Of a DNA stretch of 64,000 nt, positions 39,604-49,497 are shown in pieces. Numbering within the stretch: position 1 is the first letter of the stretch; each line of letters opens with the position of its first letter. The translations under genes and the position numbers were made by a program. Under the pieces are notes generated by a model. The model was given only the letters and a program-made list of their open reading frames with translations, did not search any database and was not told the origin of the DNA. Origin of the DNA: Escherichia coli (lineage in GTDB: Bacteria; Pseudomonadota; Gammaproteobacteria; Enterobacterales; Enterobacteriaceae); the NCBI RefSeq assembly GCF_041248615.1, contig NZ_CP158426.1. One strand, written 5' to 3'.

Positions 39604-40712
39604 CACGCATACTCCCAAATGATTGCAATACCAGCCATTCCGCTACCTCCGGCACGCTGCTGCGTCGCTCCACCGTAGACACAGGCACCACCGCCTCCAC
39701 CACCATGGCCATTAGCATTAATACCTTCGCCTACAATGGCTTGTGACCCAGCCCCCGCACCAAGGATTGAATCGCCGCCAGGCCCCCCCATCGCCAGACT
39801 GCCGGAATACCGAACGCCTGGTGAGCTATAACCGCTTCCAGACCCGATAATATTTGCACCTGTAAATCCCGGCTCAGTATATGCTCCATACGGACCAACA
39901 ACCCCTGGAGCAGTTCCTTCAGCAAGAACATCCCCACCAAGGCCACCTTTGGCAATTATGGTATTGCCGAAAGAGGTTGTTCCCCCGGGAGCACCAACCG
40001 ACGCACTTGCACCAGTGCCACCATATCCGATTGTCACAGTAGTTACGGTTGGATTATCCACGCGAGCTTTAACATACTCCCCGGACATCCCCCCGCCACC
40101 ACAAGCAGCATTATTGGGATAACCGACCTGACAACCACCACCGGCCCCACCACCACCAACAATTTCAACAATAATAAATTTTGTGCCTTTTGTCGGAGTG
40201 TATGTACCTGAGCTTTTAAACACCTGACACTGTATAAGCCTCCCGGAGCCATCTCCCAAACCAAGGTATGCGAGAATGTCATCAATAGTATTTTTGCCGA
40301 TAATATCACGGCCTACCTTAGTGAGGTCGGTCTGCGCAGCCTTATCTGTGCCAGTGAAATACGGTAGCTTATTTGCACCTGTCGCCAGTCCGGCCAGAGC
40401 CGTCAACGTGGCATCAAGCGCCTGATAATCCTTACCGAATGCAGAAGACATTTTGGTAATGAATCCATTCAGGTCGCCATCATCCAATACATCCAGTCCG
40501 CTTTTGTTTGCTGTGTACTGTGCAAGTGCTGCAGCAATAAAGCTGGCCTGCCGAATAACCTTATTGACTTGCGCACTGGAGGCTTTCCCTGCTGTAAATC
40601 CGGATAAAAGCGCGGGCAACGCTTCCCATTCCTCCTGCGATATAACATTGGCATTTCGATCCGTTGCAAACGCTTTAAAGTCATTTTTCGCCATCAGAGT
40701 AATACTCCCCAT
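39603..40712 (-). CDS. tail fibre protein (Mu S/P2 H-like N-terminus, Gly-rich C-terminal domain)
   Basis: 369 aa; conserved N-terminal MAKNDFKAF..SQEEWEALP..; C-terminal glycine-rich repeats. Confidence 0.8.
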   Translation of the reverse strand: MGSITLMAKNDFKAFATDRNANVISQEEWEALPALLSGFTAGKASSAQVNKVIRQASFIAAALAQYTANKSGLDVLDDGDLNGFITKMSSAFGKDYQALDATLTALAGLATGANKLPYFTGTDKAAQTDLTKVGRDIIGKNTIDDILAYLGLGDGSGRLIQCQVFKSSGTYTPTKGTKFIIVEIVGGGGAGGGCQVGYPNNAACGGGGMSGEYVKARVDNPTVTTVTIGYGGTGASASVGAPGGTTSFGNTIIAKGGLGGDVLAEGTAPGVVGPYGAYTEPGFTGANIIGSGSGYSSPGVRYSGSLAMGGPGGDSILGAGAGSQAIVGEGINANGHGGGGGGACVYGGATQQRAGGSGMAGIAIIWEYA

Positions 40713-41374
40713 GCTCCTACATCAAAACCACTGATGAATTCGTTATCCATATCAAAACCAAAAAATTTTGAGCCTTCCGATGGGGTTTCCACCGAAGGTG
40801 TTTCAATGCCACCCGCCCATACCCCGGCAGCTTTTACTGTGAGATACCCCTGTTTAATTGCCGCAATTAACTCACGCGATACATCTGAAATATCAGTATC
40901 AGGAAAGACCCAGACCGATATCGTCATGTCCTGGTTATCGACTATCTGCATTCGCAGTCCGGATCCTACTGTCGCCGCGTCAAGAATTGCTGGAAGCGAA
41001 TCATTCCGTCCGTCCCAGTTATTAATCGCAATCTTCGCTTTAAGGATGACACGATAAGTTTCATCGCTGAGGTACATGTATCCGGAATCAGGATCGTATG
41101 GCCCCTGCCATACACCCTGATCATATCCAAGCCCGTCGGTATCCCAGCTGAAATAGACACCTGAGATAGGCTGGCTGACAACACGGCTACGTCCGATCCA
41201 CAATCCAAGAATGTCAAGTTGCACACCAACCGCAGAGTCAATATCAAATGCAGTAATCAGCCCTCTGGTGGCAGCCGCAACATCAATAAGCGGCCGGGTC
41301 ATCAGATCAACATGTGCAAGAAATTTAGGTTTGGTGGCGTGGTAGTTCGTGATCAGTTCGGTGTATTTGCTCAT
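40694..41374 (-). CDS. baseplate/tail protein (Mu gp48 / P2 gpI-like)
   Basis: 226 aa; position between baseplate J and tail fibre. Confidence 0.65.
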   Translation of the reverse strand: MSKYTELITNYHATKPKFLAHVDLMTRPLIDVAAATRGLITAFDIDSAVGVQLDILGLWIGRSRVVSQPISGVYFSWDTDGLGYDQGVWQGPYDPDSGYMYLSDETYRVILKAKIAINNWDGRNDSLPAILDAATVGSGLRMQIVDNQDMTISVWVFPDTDISDVSRELIAAIKQGYLTVKAAGVWAGGIETPSVETPSEGSKFFGFDMDNEFISGFDVGAWGVLL

Positions 41375-42570
41375 GACTCCACCGTTATAACGATATTTTC
41401 CGGTGTACAGGACGCAGATTCGTTGTATCTGATATCAATGTTTGATGACGACAAAGCCCCCGGGGATTTCCCAATCGTCAGTTCCTGAATATCGTAATAG
41501 CGTGCATTCCCGCCACTCACCACGCCAAGATTCGCCGGTGAGTAAATGCGACTTAAAAGGACCGAATCACCAATCATCAGACTATTGATATAGTCGGAAA
41601 TAGCCTGCTGGATCTGCTGCCCTATCTGTGAGGTATAACCCGTAAAAACTTTTAATTTAATCCGGGCATAAACAGGTACATCACTGGAACGCGAGAATTT
41701 GATTACATGGGGATTGCCGTATTTATCCGGAACCGTAACGGATGTTGTACCGTGAGTGGCTGTCCCCTGGCCTTTATTCCCTCTAATAGCCTGAGCAATA
41801 TCCGTCACATCACCGCCATCCACAATTACAGCAACAGAGTGTGGCGGTAACCCGTTACCGTCCTCCGAACCAGTATCGTTTTCATAGAGTTTGTGGCGGG
41901 TTACACCGGTAACATTAGAAACAGCACCATCCAGTGCTTCAAATGGGGTTATTGATGGCAACGCAACACTTTGCGACTGGCGGATACGTAACTCCGCATC
42001 AGTTTCTGCTGGAGTGCCTACAGTAGCTGCAGCAGGATTGGTTACCGAAACCCAGCCACGGGTTGGCGTATTAATTTCAGTGATAGTTCCAGCCAGCGCC
42101 GCCACTGCACCACTGACGGAACATTTTGCGGTCACCATCACTGTACCATCCACGCCGACCACCACTGAAGCAGGCAAACGCCATATCACATTATTACCAT
42201 CTTTCACGCTGCCATTAATGATGGTTGTTCCGGCAGTTCCTGTAAGAAGCAAATCAACCGTAGAATTCGTCGCGCCTTTACGTGAAATACCATTTATTTT
42301 CACGTTACTGGTCAGCGCAGCCCCATAGCCGGTTGCCGGTGAAAAACAGTTGTAGACAGTTATCGCCATATTATTGGCATCATGAATCGCCAGCGCCATC
42401 AGAGCCACCATCTGGCCGTCTTTGCTGTCCGGTTCGAGGTAGGCATCACTGCCATAAATCTGCTGAAAATAGCTAATCAGGGTGCTGAGTATCGTCTGAT
42501 AATCAGGCGCACTGATCCCCTCCGCGGTTACCTTTGCAGATAAACCGAGAGAATCAAGGTTCAGAGCCAT
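41371..42570 (-). CDS. baseplate J-like protein (Mu gp47 / P2 gpJ family)
   Basis: 399 aa; position and size; overlapping start/stop with neighbours. Confidence 0.7.
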   Translation of the reverse strand: MALNLDSLGLSAKVTAEGISAPDYQTILSTLISYFQQIYGSDAYLEPDSKDGQMVALMALAIHDANNMAITVYNCFSPATGYGAALTSNVKINGISRKGATNSTVDLLLTGTAGTTIINGSVKDGNNVIWRLPASVVVGVDGTVMVTAKCSVSGAVAALAGTITEINTPTRGWVSVTNPAAATVGTPAETDAELRIRQSQSVALPSITPFEALDGAVSNVTGVTRHKLYENDTGSEDGNGLPPHSVAVIVDGGDVTDIAQAIRGNKGQGTATHGTTSVTVPDKYGNPHVIKFSRSSDVPVYARIKLKVFTGYTSQIGQQIQQAISDYINSLMIGDSVLLSRIYSPANLGVVSGGNARYYDIQELTIGKSPGALSSSNIDIRYNESASCTPENIVITVES

Positions 42571-42923
42571 TACGCCTCCGATGTAACAGTCGTTATTCCA
42601 TAAAGAGTGTCGATTTCAGCGGAAAACATGACACGTCGGGTCGTGGTATCCACCGTCGTATTGAAAGAGAGGATTGATTTAACGCCCTGCGTTTCGAGGA
42701 TGCGTTTTCTGATCGCCAGGTTGTAAGTTTCCGGTTTTTGCCTGCCCAGCACGGACTGGATCCACGGAGTCCCCTCGGTGGTGTCGAGAAACCATTGCCC
42801 ATACCACAATTCGAATCGCGTTTTTACCGCCTGCGCCACGGCCTCCGGTGAGTTAATCAGCCAGGTGTCATCACCGCTGCCAAAGGTGTAATCGCCATCG
42901 GCGTCTTCACGTCTGTATCGCAT
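42570..42923 (-). CDS. baseplate protein (GpW / Mu gp46-like)
   Basis: 117 aa; conserved position upstream of baseplate J. Confidence 0.65.
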   Translation of the reverse strand: MRYRREDADGDYTFGSGDDTWLINSPEAVAQAVKTRFELWYGQWFLDTTEGTPWIQSVLGRQKPETYNLAIRKRILETQGVKSILSFNTTVDTTTRRVMFSAEIDTLYGITTVTSEA

Positions 42924-43675
42924 CAGTTTACTCCGTCGGTATTGCTTCCACCGCGCTGAACACCACCATGAGTGTGCGTATCATCGATTGGCTTGCCGTT
43001 AGCCTTCACGCTACCCAAAAACTCAACAGCACCAGTGATTTTTGAAGCCACACCAGAAACAACAGACCCCACCATGCCACCCATCCAGGTTAACAGGCCA
43101 TGAATGGTTACTTTCTCAGAAAAATCAGCCAGAGGAGCAACCACATCAAGACCACCCGGAGCGACAATTTTAATTTTCCTGGTGTCAGGATTAAGCTCAA
43201 AATAGGTGCTGCCGTCGTCACTACGCAACTGTGTGGCACTGGTATTAATACCGCTAATCTTCCTCGCCTGCGACTGGGGACCGACAATACAAAACGCATC
43301 CGATAAATCATGCATTCTGTCATCGACCGGCTCCTGTATCCCGCCACTCTGCCACCAGAAATCAATACAACGATCGGCAAAAACGACAAGACACTCATCC
43401 CCGGCTTTTACCGGAAAAGTCAACGTACAGCCTCCGCCGCGCGGGAATACCACTGGTACATCCACCAGCAATGGGTAATTTTGGGTAATGCGGTTGCCGT
43501 CATTATCCTTTTCAACCGAACGGATAGCAGGCTGCACAACTGCCGTCACCGCATCAGGATCGAATGACTGAATAATGCCAGGCAAGGCGACACGGATCTG
43601 GTTCTTTGTTGTTTCCCGTTCAGATTTGAATGTTTCGGCAAGGTCGCCGCTGCGGGTCTGGTCAGATACTGCCAT
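42923..43675 (-). CDS. baseplate assembly/spike protein (Mu gp45 / P2 gpV-like)
   Basis: 250 aa; position; Gly-rich C-terminus. Confidence 0.6.
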   Translation of the reverse strand: MAVSDQTRSGDLAETFKSERETTKNQIRVALPGIIQSFDPDAVTAVVQPAIRSVEKDNDGNRITQNYPLLVDVPVVFPRGGGCTLTFPVKAGDECLVVFADRCIDFWWQSGGIQEPVDDRMHDLSDAFCIVGPQSQARKISGINTSATQLRSDDGSTYFELNPDTRKIKIVAPGGLDVVAPLADFSEKVTIHGLLTWMGGMVGSVVSGVASKITGAVEFLGSVKANGKPIDDTHTHGGVQRGGSNTDGVN

Positions 43676-43694
43676 TTAGTAGGCTCCAGAAAGC

Positions 43695-43720
43695 AAAAAA
43701 CCCGCCATCCGGCGGGTTTT
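43695..43720. terminator. rho-independent terminator downstream of lipoprotein moron
   Basis: aaaaaacccgccatccggcgggtttt: GC hairpin flanked by A and T runs, between lipoprotein stop (43741) and next gene start (43675). Confidence 0.7.
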
Positions 43721-43740
43721 ATGTGACTAATTTGATCTTT

Positions 43741-44466
43741 TCAGTTTATAAGCCCCATCTTACCGGCGCTTCGATAGTTAATTACATCGCCTGAAGAGCC
43801 GCAAGGCACAGCTACAGTCGACATTTTGACAAATCCTTTACCGCCCTGCTTTTGGCATAAAGTGGCATGCATTTTTGCTAAACGCGCAGCATGACCAAAA
43901 TCAATTTTGGTTCCGTAAGTTGAATCTCGTAGAGCTGCTTTTTTTGCAATTCCAGTAATATTTTTGTCTTTAATTACAGATGCAAACAAACTCAAATCAT
44001 TTCCAATTTGATTGAAGCAAGTACGATTAATATCAACATCGGCATACGCTGAAATGCGTTTGCAATCTGAGATCTGAGAAAGCACAGATGTGTTAACCAG
44101 TTGCAAATTTAATTTGTAGTCACCGACATAGGTATAAACTTTGTTAGGGTCCGTGGTTCCCGGATAACGAGTTACGAATGGAATGCTGTTGTACGCATCT
44201 CGCAAAGATTCTGCACCCTTACTTTTAAGCTCGTTCCCAACACCAGCAACGATAACCTCTGGATGTGAAACTTCAAATTGAGACTTTTCTTCGCGCTGTA
44301 TTTGAAGCCTGCTTTTCTGGCTCTCCTCAACTTGCTTATCGTACGCTTGTTTTTCTTCATTTTTTTGGGATAGCCATTTTTCCTGCGCTTTAGCACCATT
44401 AGGATCCCAACTACATGAAGTTAAAAAAAGAGAAAATACGATTGTGGTTATCGCAAGCCTGCTCAC
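43741..44466 (-). CDS. lipoprotein of unknown function (moron inside tail/baseplate module)
   Basis: 241 aa; GTG start with GAGGTG SD; signal peptide plus lipobox LTSC; AT-rich relative to flanking tail genes; own terminator. Confidence 0.7.
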   Translation of the reverse strand: MSRLAITTIVFSLFLTSCSWDPNGAKAQEKWLSQKNEEKQAYDKQVEESQKSRLQIQREEKSQFEVSHPEVIVAGVGNELKSKGAESLRDAYNSIPFVTRYPGTTDPNKVYTYVGDYKLNLQLVNTSVLSQISDCKRISAYADVDINRTCFNQIGNDLSLFASVIKDKNITGIAKKAALRDSTYGTKIDFGHAARLAKMHATLCQKQGGKGFVKMSTVAVPCGSSGDVINYRSAGKMGLIN

Positions 44467-44468
44467 TA

Positions 44469-45533
44469 TTATGCACCTCGATTCATCGCTGACTGGCTAG
44501 GAATATCACTAGCACCTCGAGCAAAGCACATCATATCCATGTACCACGCCTGGCCCCTTGTGTCGCCAGTGTACATAATCCCGCGCACAATATAAACGCC
44601 ATCCGTTGCGATGCTGGCAGGTTGTGCTGTGGTGCCGCTGAGTGTGATATTTCCGTCCGTGTTCTGGTCGGTGATCTGCCCACCAGCCATCGCAATATCA
44701 TTGTTCGACAGCGCGGTGCGGTACACGGAAGCCTGATCCAGCTGAATAAGCCCGTTAACCCGGATGTTCGGATTAATAAGCGCGCGGACGTTTACGCCGT
44801 TACCGATAGTCTGCTGCGGCATGCCAATAAGCCCGGTAGCGCTGTTGAGCACAATCGCTTCATGAACATATTCGTTATTCGCCACCATCTGGCGCTGACC
44901 GTCCACGAATTGCCATGTTGCGCCACATTGCCCGGCTACGTTATCCATTAGATGCCGCGTCATGCCAAAGAGCACCCGCCCCCGGGGGAATACAGTAGCA
45001 GGCATTTCAGGCGTCAGGCCTTCGGTCGCACCTTTGGCTTCGAAGTCTTTCATCAGCGCACGGTTCACATCAGCGACCGTGTAACCGGCAGCCAGCGTCT
45101 GTGAGGTTATACTGGTGGCAAAAGCCAGATCAGTATCTGCTGCCTGAATCAGGACGTAGGAATCAACCGGACTGTCTTTTCCTGTGACCGAGTAGCGAAT
45201 TTCACCGCTGAAAATCAGTCCGTAGTTGCGGCCATCTCTCTGGCCCACGTCCGCCGCGTCAACTTCCCGCACGGTCCCTACGTCGCTTGCTGACACCTCC
45301 GGCGCGATACCGTCGTAACCGGCAATCAGACGCACTTTCGAAAATTCCTGCCCGGTGATTCGGTTCACAGTATCTGCCGAGAGGTTATAAATTTTGATAG
45401 TCCCTACCCGGGACGCGCTGCTGATGTTGAACCAGTCGATCGTAAAGGTGACTTTGAAATCACTTAGCTCAATTCCCTGACCGTTCCCGTCCACAAGCTG
45501 CAGCTCGAAATGTCTCATCCAGTTCTGTGACAT
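44469..45533 (-). CDS. phage tail/baseplate protein (late tail protein, unassigned)
   Basis: 354 aa ORF in tail gene row between tape measure and baseplate genes. Confidence 0.6.
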   Translation of the reverse strand: MSQNWMRHFELQLVDGNGQGIELSDFKVTFTIDWFNISSASRVGTIKIYNLSADTVNRITGQEFSKVRLIAGYDGIAPEVSASDVGTVREVDAADVGQRDGRNYGLIFSGEIRYSVTGKDSPVDSYVLIQAADTDLAFATSITSQTLAAGYTVADVNRALMKDFEAKGATEGLTPEMPATVFPRGRVLFGMTRHLMDNVAGQCGATWQFVDGQRQMVANNEYVHEAIVLNSATGLIGMPQQTIGNGVNVRALINPNIRVNGLIQLDQASVYRTALSNNDIAMAGGQITDQNTDGNITLSGTTAQPASIATDGVYIVRGIMYTGDTRGQAWYMDMMCFARGASDIPSQSAMNRGA

Positions 45534-45535
45534 GC

Positions 45536-45838
45536 TTACTCCGTTGATACCAGTAAATGACTGAGGCCGCCCAGATCAGTTTTCGTGGGATAATCCTGTG
45601 TGTTGTCATCGCAGACCACCACCAGCTTAAAACCAAGTCCCATACAGGCGTACTGCGCCAGCAGGTCAGCACCAGTGACGAGAGGAATACCGGAGATTAC
45701 CGGCTCCCCTCTGTCGTTCTGCAGGTCCATAATCCAGTACAGATCGCGCCATATGATGCTAATCCGCCAGGTAACACCACCCAGGACGATGCTGAACTGC
45801 TGGTTGTCCGCTGTCAGCGGAATTTCCTGAATTGTCAT
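45536..45838 (-). CDS. phage tail protein (small, unassigned)
   Basis: 100 aa; start/stop coupling with neighbours. Confidence 0.55.
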   Translation of the reverse strand: MTIQEIPLTADNQQFSIVLGGVTWRISIIWRDLYWIMDLQNDRGEPVISGIPLVTGADLLAQYACMGLGFKLVVVCDDNTQDYPTKTDLGGLSHLLVSTE

Positions 45839-46425
45839 TAGCCGCCCCCCAGTAATGACGCCACGTTACCCGTGATGCTTTTCAGCAGTGAAGTATCTGG
45901 AGGCTTTGTGGTTTTGTTGCCGCTATTCTGTACCGCCGACGTGCTGGCCCCTTCCTTCATGTTGGTTTTATCCGCGACGGTAATCTGCTGTGTCCGGGAG
46001 ATAAGGACCTCCCTCAGGGTGAGGACGGCGGACAGGACGTTTTCGGTTGTCTTGTCCGTCGTCACTTCCAGCGCCCGGATCAACATGTTGCTGTACAGTC
46101 GTTTACCGGTTACCACATCGAAGGGGATACGGCTTTCCTGCAGATCCAGTAGCTCCTGATACGTCTGCTGAGGACTCAGGCCGAGCAGGCTGGTAGCCGT
46201 CAGATTACTGGCAAAATCCAGCAATGCGCCGCCACCGGCGAAACCAACCTCCATCACCACTTCTGACGGTTTTTTATAGGCATGATCAGCGACAGCGGCC
46301 CCAACCTCTACCGGATGCTCTGTTATTTCAAGCATATCTGTATGCTTCTCTGAAATAACAACACTGGGAACAATCATTCCTATTTTTCTGCTCTGCTGAT
46401 GAAAAAGTGTAGAGAGAATATCCAC
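45838..46425 (-). CDS. phage tail protein (unassigned, downstream of tape measure)
   Basis: 195 aa; stop/start overlap with tape measure gene. Confidence 0.55.
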   Translation of the reverse strand: MDILSTLFHQQSRKIGMIVPSVVISEKHTDMLEITEHPVEVGAAVADHAYKKPSEVVMEVGFAGGGALLDFASNLTATSLLGLSPQQTYQELLDLQESRIPFDVVTGKRLYSNMLIRALEVTTDKTTENVLSAVLTLREVLISRTQQITVADKTNMKEGASTSAVQNSGNKTTKPPDTSLLKSITGNVASLLGGG

Positions 46426-48434
46426 TAACCCACCCTCACCTGATTACTTCGCATGACCTGAGCATTTGCAGACTGTTGCCGACGTGCAACCTCATTACCG
46501 ACAGCGTGCGGATCTCCGCCACCGTAAATGTGGTAGGTATTTTGCTGGTTAACCTCTGTCACTTTGCCACTAATTCCCGCCACGGCAGCCTTATTAATCA
46601 GCTCTCGAGAATAGATATTTCTTCCATTCTCATGCTGGATAATGCTGCTCATCAATGCTGACATGGTTTGCGGATCGCTCATATTCAGGGCAGCCCGGGG
46701 ATCCACTCCCAGTCGTTGCGATACAGCCCTGATATACGCAGTTGTGTTGTTATTATCAGACGCAGGTGCCCAGGTAGAGATAATTTTCTCCACACTGTTT
46801 ATTCCCCGTCCGGCGTACAGCATTAACTGACGAGCAAGAGCCCGTAATCCATCAAAGGCAGTTTCAAATCTGGCAAATCGCCCGCCCGGGCGTTCAAGAG
46901 AAGCCCCTGCCTGACCAGCAAAATTAAGGTTTCCCGGATTGTTATTCCGTTCTCCTCGTTTCGTAGCCTGTGCATGTTGTTCCGGCTCATCATCACCAAA
47001 CCAGCCGCGTACCGTCCGGCCCACACTGCGGGGATCAAATCCCCAGTGCTCTTTAATCCAGTCGGCAGTACTGTTAGCGCTGTCTGTAACCATCGGCATC
47101 GCTGACGGATTTTCGCTGCCCTGATTAAGTATCTGTTTGCCGATGCTGACGGCATCAGCCCAGCGGCCATCTTTGATAGCGTTGAGCAGGTCGGCGATCA
47201 TGTTCAGCATTTTGCTGAATTCGCCCATCTGGTCGATGAAGTTGCTGAAATCCCACTTCAGGGACCATGATTTGGGGTCAATATTGAGCAGTTTCGCCAG
47301 CGCTTTCACCAGGTCGTTAACGGTCGTTTTAAGGTCACGAACCATCTTCAGCGCGGCATCAACCTCCGGTTTCCACTTGCCCCAGTCAATCAGGCTGTCG
47401 CCGCCTTCCTTCCAGGTCTGATAGTCCTCCCACAGGAGGGCAATCCCCGCCGCCAGCGCGGTAATGAGGCCAATCGGCGACATCCAGAACGTACTGTTCA
47501 GAATGCGCAGCGCAATCGTCAGTGCGCCAAACAGCGAGATCAACTCCCGCGTTTGCTTATCCAGCGATTGCCACCAGGTGATGAGGCCTGATGTCCCCTC
47601 AATCAGTCTGAAGAACAGCCGCCCGATAATATCCCCGAGCGCCAGAATGCCTTTTATGGCTTTCGTCAGGGTCTGCTCGATACGCGGGAAGTTGTCCAGG
47701 ATATGGCGGCGCAGTGTGTCCAGCGAACCCGCAAGCCCACCCGCAAGATTAGAGCCGATTTTGTCACGGGCCATGCCTGCCATCGCGCCAAACTCACGCA
47801 GGGAGGTCATAAATTTGTTGGAGCTTCTGGCCGCCTCGTCAGCATTGAAGCCGATAGCTTTCGCCATTGCGCTGTACTGCCCGGAGAAGCCACCCACACC
47901 GCGACGCATAGCCAACAGGGTATTTTCGTCAATGCCCAGCATCTGCGCATACTGGTTAGCACGGTAATACGGCATGTCGCTGAGCTTCTGGCCTACCCCT
48001 GTAAAAATAGCGGCCATGTCACGCATGTTACCGCTGGCATCCCGTGTCTGTACCCCCAGACGATTCAGAAATCCCTCCGCCCCGGGATTATTACGAATAA
48101 ACCGGGAGAGGTTTTCCAGAGAAGATCGCGCAGCGTCCACGCTGCCGCCAACCTGCGAAACCGCATAGCCAATAGACTGAATTCCCTGGACTGTCGCGCC
48201 GGTGCGCTGTGACGCCCAGTAAAGATTATCCAGGCCGGAGGCGATCTTAGCCGTGAAGGCCACCACGGACAGCGCCGCTCCTTCGACGGCCAGCCCCATT
48301 TTGATGACATTTGCAGTTGTACCGGCGAGGACAGAACCGAATTTTTTCGCTCCTGCATCATCCACACTGAAGCCAAGCGAGACAAGGAAATCTTTAATAG
48401 TCTCGGCGTTCATTATCCTCTCTCCATTTCTCAA
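46425..48434 (-). CDS. tail tape measure protein
   Basis: 669 aa; long helical/hydrophobic central region; position after tube and chaperone genes. Confidence 0.8.
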   Translation of the reverse strand: MRNGERIMNAETIKDFLVSLGFSVDDAGAKKFGSVLAGTTANVIKMGLAVEGAALSVVAFTAKIASGLDNLYWASQRTGATVQGIQSIGYAVSQVGGSVDAARSSLENLSRFIRNNPGAEGFLNRLGVQTRDASGNMRDMAAIFTGVGQKLSDMPYYRANQYAQMLGIDENTLLAMRRGVGGFSGQYSAMAKAIGFNADEAARSSNKFMTSLREFGAMAGMARDKIGSNLAGGLAGSLDTLRRHILDNFPRIEQTLTKAIKGILALGDIIGRLFFRLIEGTSGLITWWQSLDKQTRELISLFGALTIALRILNSTFWMSPIGLITALAAGIALLWEDYQTWKEGGDSLIDWGKWKPEVDAALKMVRDLKTTVNDLVKALAKLLNIDPKSWSLKWDFSNFIDQMGEFSKMLNMIADLLNAIKDGRWADAVSIGKQILNQGSENPSAMPMVTDSANSTADWIKEHWGFDPRSVGRTVRGWFGDDEPEQHAQATKRGERNNNPGNLNFAGQAGASLERPGGRFARFETAFDGLRALARQLMLYAGRGINSVEKIISTWAPASDNNNTTAYIRAVSQRLGVDPRAALNMSDPQTMSALMSSIIQHENGRNIYSRELINKAAVAGISGKVTEVNQQNTYHIYGGGDPHAVGNEVARRQQSANAQVMRSNQVRVG

Positions 48435-48590
48435 TGCGCCGCTGGTTATCCGCTTTTACCGCCAGATGGTCATTCAAGAGAGCAATGTCGTACAAATCGA
48501 CAGAGCCATCTTTAAGTGCTGTATAAGGAATTAACCCGGCGTCAACCGGATTGAGAAGGTAGGACAGCCCGTCCGGCAGGCTGTTAAACG

Positions 48591-49043
48591 TCAGCCCTGT
48601 TGCAGGCTCTGCGTCGTGCTGGTAAGGGGTGTAGGCAAAAAATTTCCCAGCGAATCGGCGACCACCCGCGCCACCAGCTGCAGCATGACCAGCAGGTCAA
48701 TATCATCAAACATCAGTTCGCCCTGGGTAAATACCGGCACCCATCCGTCCATATGACGCCGCGATACCACCGCAAGACAGGGATGAATAATCGCATCGGT
48801 GTCATCTTCGGTCAGGGAAGACAGTTCCTCAGCGATACGCGGGAGCATGGTTTCAAACACCGGTTTTAACTGCTCGAATTTCACGGTGTCGATTTTGCCG
48901 TCAGCAGGCAAACGGGAGCGAATGCTCCCGAAATCTGACATCATTCCCGCCAGTACCGGCAGAAGTTTGCGGGTCACTTTCAGCTGGTCAAAAACGCTGA
49001 GTTTTGCCACGCGATATTTCACGCCTTTGATTTCGAATTCCAT
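48591..49043 (-). CDS. tail assembly chaperone-like protein
   Basis: 150 aa acidic protein between tail tube and tape measure. Confidence 0.55.
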   Translation of the reverse strand: MEFEIKGVKYRVAKLSVFDQLKVTRKLLPVLAGMMSDFGSIRSRLPADGKIDTVKFEQLKPVFETMLPRIAEELSSLTEDDTDAIIHPCLAVVSRRHMDGWVPVFTQGELMFDDIDLLVMLQLVARVVADSLGNFLPTPLTSTTQSLQQG

Positions 49044-49046
49044 GTA

Positions 49047-49487
49047 TTAAAACTCCCCGAGAACCTGGTCAATCTTGCCGCAGTCAAACACCCACGGCAT
49101 CGTATTACCGGTTTTAGCGTTGGCATTATCCGGTTGTTTCTGGAACGCAACACTGCGTGCCGTGATGATGTCGCCGCTGACCTTGTTGCGGATCACGATA
49201 ACGTTATTCCCCCATGTGGCAGAAGACTGGCTCTGTGCGTTATACGCCAGCGACAATTTTTTATTTGTCGGTGATGTCTTCAGAAGGTTAACGGTAATCG
49301 TCCCGCTTTTATCTGCATGGAGGCTGTGCATCACTTCACCATCAGCACCGATGGTCATGGTGTTTTTAGGACCGCCCATCGCAACCACAATCCCCTCTTC
49401 AGAACTTGCAGAACCGTACCCGAGGTCAATCGAACCGGTCGGGCCGGTCAGCGTCGCAGTGACATCCATAAAAGAATAGGTAGACAT
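49047..49487 (-). CDS. tail tube protein (contractile tail)
   Basis: 146 aa; position immediately after sheath gene. Confidence 0.65.
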   Translation of the reverse strand: MSTYSFMDVTATLTGPTGSIDLGYGSASSEEGIVVAMGGPKNTMTIGADGEVMHSLHADKSGTITVNLLKTSPTNKKLSLAYNAQSQSSATWGNNVIVIRNKVSGDIITARSVAFQKQPDNANAKTGNTMPWVFDCGKIDQVLGEF

Positions 49488-49497
49488 TCACTTCCCC

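Noticed and set aside
47464-48212. several plus-strand ORFs of 160-170 aa
   Set aside because: Antisense within the tape measure gene; Arg/Ser-rich products typical of shadow frames.
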